A DNA stretch of 64,000 nt from Podarcis filfolensis (Eukaryota): NCBI GenBank assembly GCA_964270895.1, contig OZ185440.1; one strand, written 5' to 3'. The first letter of the stretch is position 1. Every line of letters starts with the position of its first letter. Shown in pieces: positions 61,301-64,000 of the stretch. Under the pieces are notes generated by a model. It made no database searches, had not been told where the DNA came from, and worked only from the letters and a program-made list of their open reading frames with translations. The translations under genes and the position numbers were made by a program.

Positions 61301-64000
61301 GCGGCAACTGCTACTAATGTTCGTGTTTTGAAGCTCTTGTAAACGCAGGTTGGGCTTTTCGTTGTGCGTTTCCTAGCCCAGCTCATAGGCTGCGTTCTCT
61401 GCATCCCGTTACCTACAGGGGTAAATTCTCTTTGTCGGTGAAACTTCGTGCCTCAGTGAATCTTGCACTTGGATATTTGTTGTTGTTTTGGGAGGAAAGG
61501 CCTCCTGAGTCCAGCTTTCGAGGCGGATTACATAGGACTGTAGTAGTAGTGCATGTCTTTTCCGAAGTAAATTCCATGGAATTGGTCCCCCCCCCCCAAT
61601 GAAAAATCTGGCATTAAAATGAACAGGAGCTAATGGTATTCCTTCGAATCGTGTGCAGGAGTCGTTTAATTGGGGGACTTTATTCTAAATAGTCAAATGA
61701 TGGGTTGGATATTGATAGGCAGAAAGTAACAGTACTTTCGCTTTCCACTGGATCCTCGTGCAATATCCAGTGTTTGGAGGTTTTAAAATATTTGTTTACA
61801 TTCTCTCTTTGTGCTTCTCTAGAGACTGAAGGAAAGTCTCCAGAGACTGAAGCAAAGGATAGGTTTTTGTTTAACCTTTATTCAGATTAGTTTCTAGGAA
61901 GATTGGTTCACAACATTTGCACTATAATGCTTAACTCAGCACTATAGTGCTTAACTCAGCATGACCACTTTATTGATAAATAAAAACCAGTCCTTTCTTA
62001 TATATAAGCTTTATTTGGCACTCCGTTAATTGCAATGGAATTCACTTAGGTCTTATAGCCCAATGTAAAATATACAATCCCATCATTTGCAAGTTTATAT
62101 TCAGCAGGGAATTCCACTGAATTCCCTGGGATTTCCACTGAATTCCAATCTATACATACTAATGGCACAATCCTGTATGTATCAACTCAAACGTCAATTC
62201 AGTGAAGAAACTTACTCCCAGGTAATTGTGTATAAGGTTGCAGCTTAGCTGTTATGTGCCGACAATTGGGCTGCCTGTGATGCAAATAAGTGATAACAAA
62301 GACAAAATAAAACGGTCTCTTTCAAAATGCCTAACTGAACAAATTAGGGACTTCTGAAATAAACTCCCTAAATCCCATTGCCTGTGTAATTAGACTGCAG
62401 TATTTCCCTGTTGTGTCCAACATGAAACCCACAATTCTGTTGCAAAAGTAGTAACAGTGCAAAGCAATGCATATTTATTCTGAAGTAGAATTTACTCCCT
62501 ATTAAATGCGTTTATGATTGTAGCTTAGGACTAAGTAAACATGCATATGATTTCAACTGTGAATGTCCTCAAATCTGTACCATAGGATGAAAGCAAAAGA
62601 TGTGGGATTCTCCCATCTTAGCTGTTGGTACCACTCTCTCTTTGCTGGAGCATCATAATAATCTCTGCTAGGAGAAGAAATTGTGTGCAAATGATGCTGT
62701 GTTGGTGCTGAGATGTGCACAAGAGTCTTATATAAGTAATGTCGTATAAATGTCACGTAAAAGCAAATGACAGGTAGGATTGGGGCCTAGATTTAGAGCA
62801 AGATATAAACATGCATTGCCATTTAGCTGAACTCGTGGCAAACCAGGATTATGCTTCCACATGGCAGTTTATTGAGGACTCAGGGCTGATCATGCATGCA
62901 GGTTTTGTGCAGAAGCCACATGATGTTGCCCTCATTAAAATACCACCTTATATATTCCTCCCCATTTATTCTAGATTTATCTTTTCTGGGGGTGGGGGGA
63001 CTGATAAGGTTGACTACCCCCCCTAACAGAAATTCTGGATTAAAGGGTGGTGGCAATGTGTAGCAGGGAAGAAAATATGGGGTGGCAGTTGGATGAGGAT
63101 GACTTCATGTGGATGCTGGGGGCGGGGGGGGGGGGAAGGAATGCTTGCATGCATGAGCACTACAGAGTCCATAATAAACTGCTGTGTGGAAGTGCCCTGA
63201 GTCTAGATTTGCTGGAGGGAGCAGGTGGTGCTCAGATTTGAAACCAGTCTGTAGTGTCATAGGTTCTATCCCATAATAGATAAAATAATAATATAGATTC
63301 TTTAAGGATACGCAGGCAACTTTTCACTTACCACTGAGCAACCACAGCCTCCCTGCCTTACAGAGTCAAGCCACCCTTCTAATTGGTACTAATTGGTGTA
63401 ATTGCAAGCTCAAGAAAAATGATGGAAAGGAAACAGGTGAAGGAGAGAAGTATATCTGCATAAAGCACCCAATCCAGATTAAATTAGTGTGCTTAAATCT
63501 CAGCCTTACGTGTATTTACTCAGAATCAGTCCTACTAATTTCAGCTGGTAGGTACGTGTACATAAGACTCCATCATATATCCCATTGAGTTAATAGAATT
63601 GCGGCTGATGAACTTTCACCAGATTGTTTACTGGGGCAACCGTATTTATTCTTCCCAAATTGCAGAGTGACTTTCAAAGTTTTCACAGTATGTCATGACT
63701 TTTTAAAGTTATTTTTCACCAGCAAAAATAATTGTATAAAAAGCAAAATGTTAACATGAAAGGCACACTGCTTATATAAAAATATTTGTTAATCAGTGGT
63801 ACAGGGGATGGGGGTGATGAGTGATGAAGATGTGTTTGCTGTGTTTGTGTGTGTGTATGTATACATATGCATACTGGCAATGACAACTTGTTTGGCCCCC
63901 TTTTGTGAGCACGCTATGGGGTGTCTAGATTTCCCATTTCCTTCATCCCAAATATGCCAGGAACTCACCCCCAGTTCTTCAGGGCAGATTAAATTTGTCA

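Noticed and set aside
1-64000. CRISPR arrays, rRNA, operons or other prokaryotic systems
   Set aside because: Sequence is intron-containing vertebrate DNA; no repeat-spacer array or rRNA-like segment seen.

Overview
Vertebrate genomic DNA. The repeat complement points to a squamate reptile, most likely a lacertid lizard (inference from recalled repeat families). Two genes lie tail-to-tail, as at the human 1p31 locus. (1) The 3' part of choline transporter-like protein 5 (SLC44A5/CTL5), + strand: nine constitutive coding exons at 445-10244, then two paralogous alternative terminal exons (12530-12642 and 16610-16716). The intron at 538-1387 has U12 (minor spliceosome) signatures. (2) The complete LIM-homeobox gene LHX8, - strand: nine coding exons from ATG 54713 to TAA 33840, 1155 nt, 384 aa, all splice phases consistent, with a large CpG island over its 5' end. 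The rest is introns, UTRs and intergenic DNA carrying tRNA-derived SINEs, L2 and CR1 LINE fragments, hAT and Tc1/mariner-type MITEs with intact TIRs/TSDs, a probable solo LTR and microsatellites. Almost all ORFs in the supplied track are spurious or are exon read-throughs. The best leads are a chain of strong + strand splice sites suggesting a spliced antisense/divergent RNA across the LHX8 promoter, the duplicated alternative last exons of SLC44A5, a sense solo LTR that could act as a cryptic terminal exon, the U12 intron, homeodomain/NKX motif clusters, paired miR-30 sites and a start-stop uORF in LHX8, and unidentified decayed reading frames between the genes. I found no evidence for a wholly new multi-gene system; the regulatory leads are motif-level inferences.
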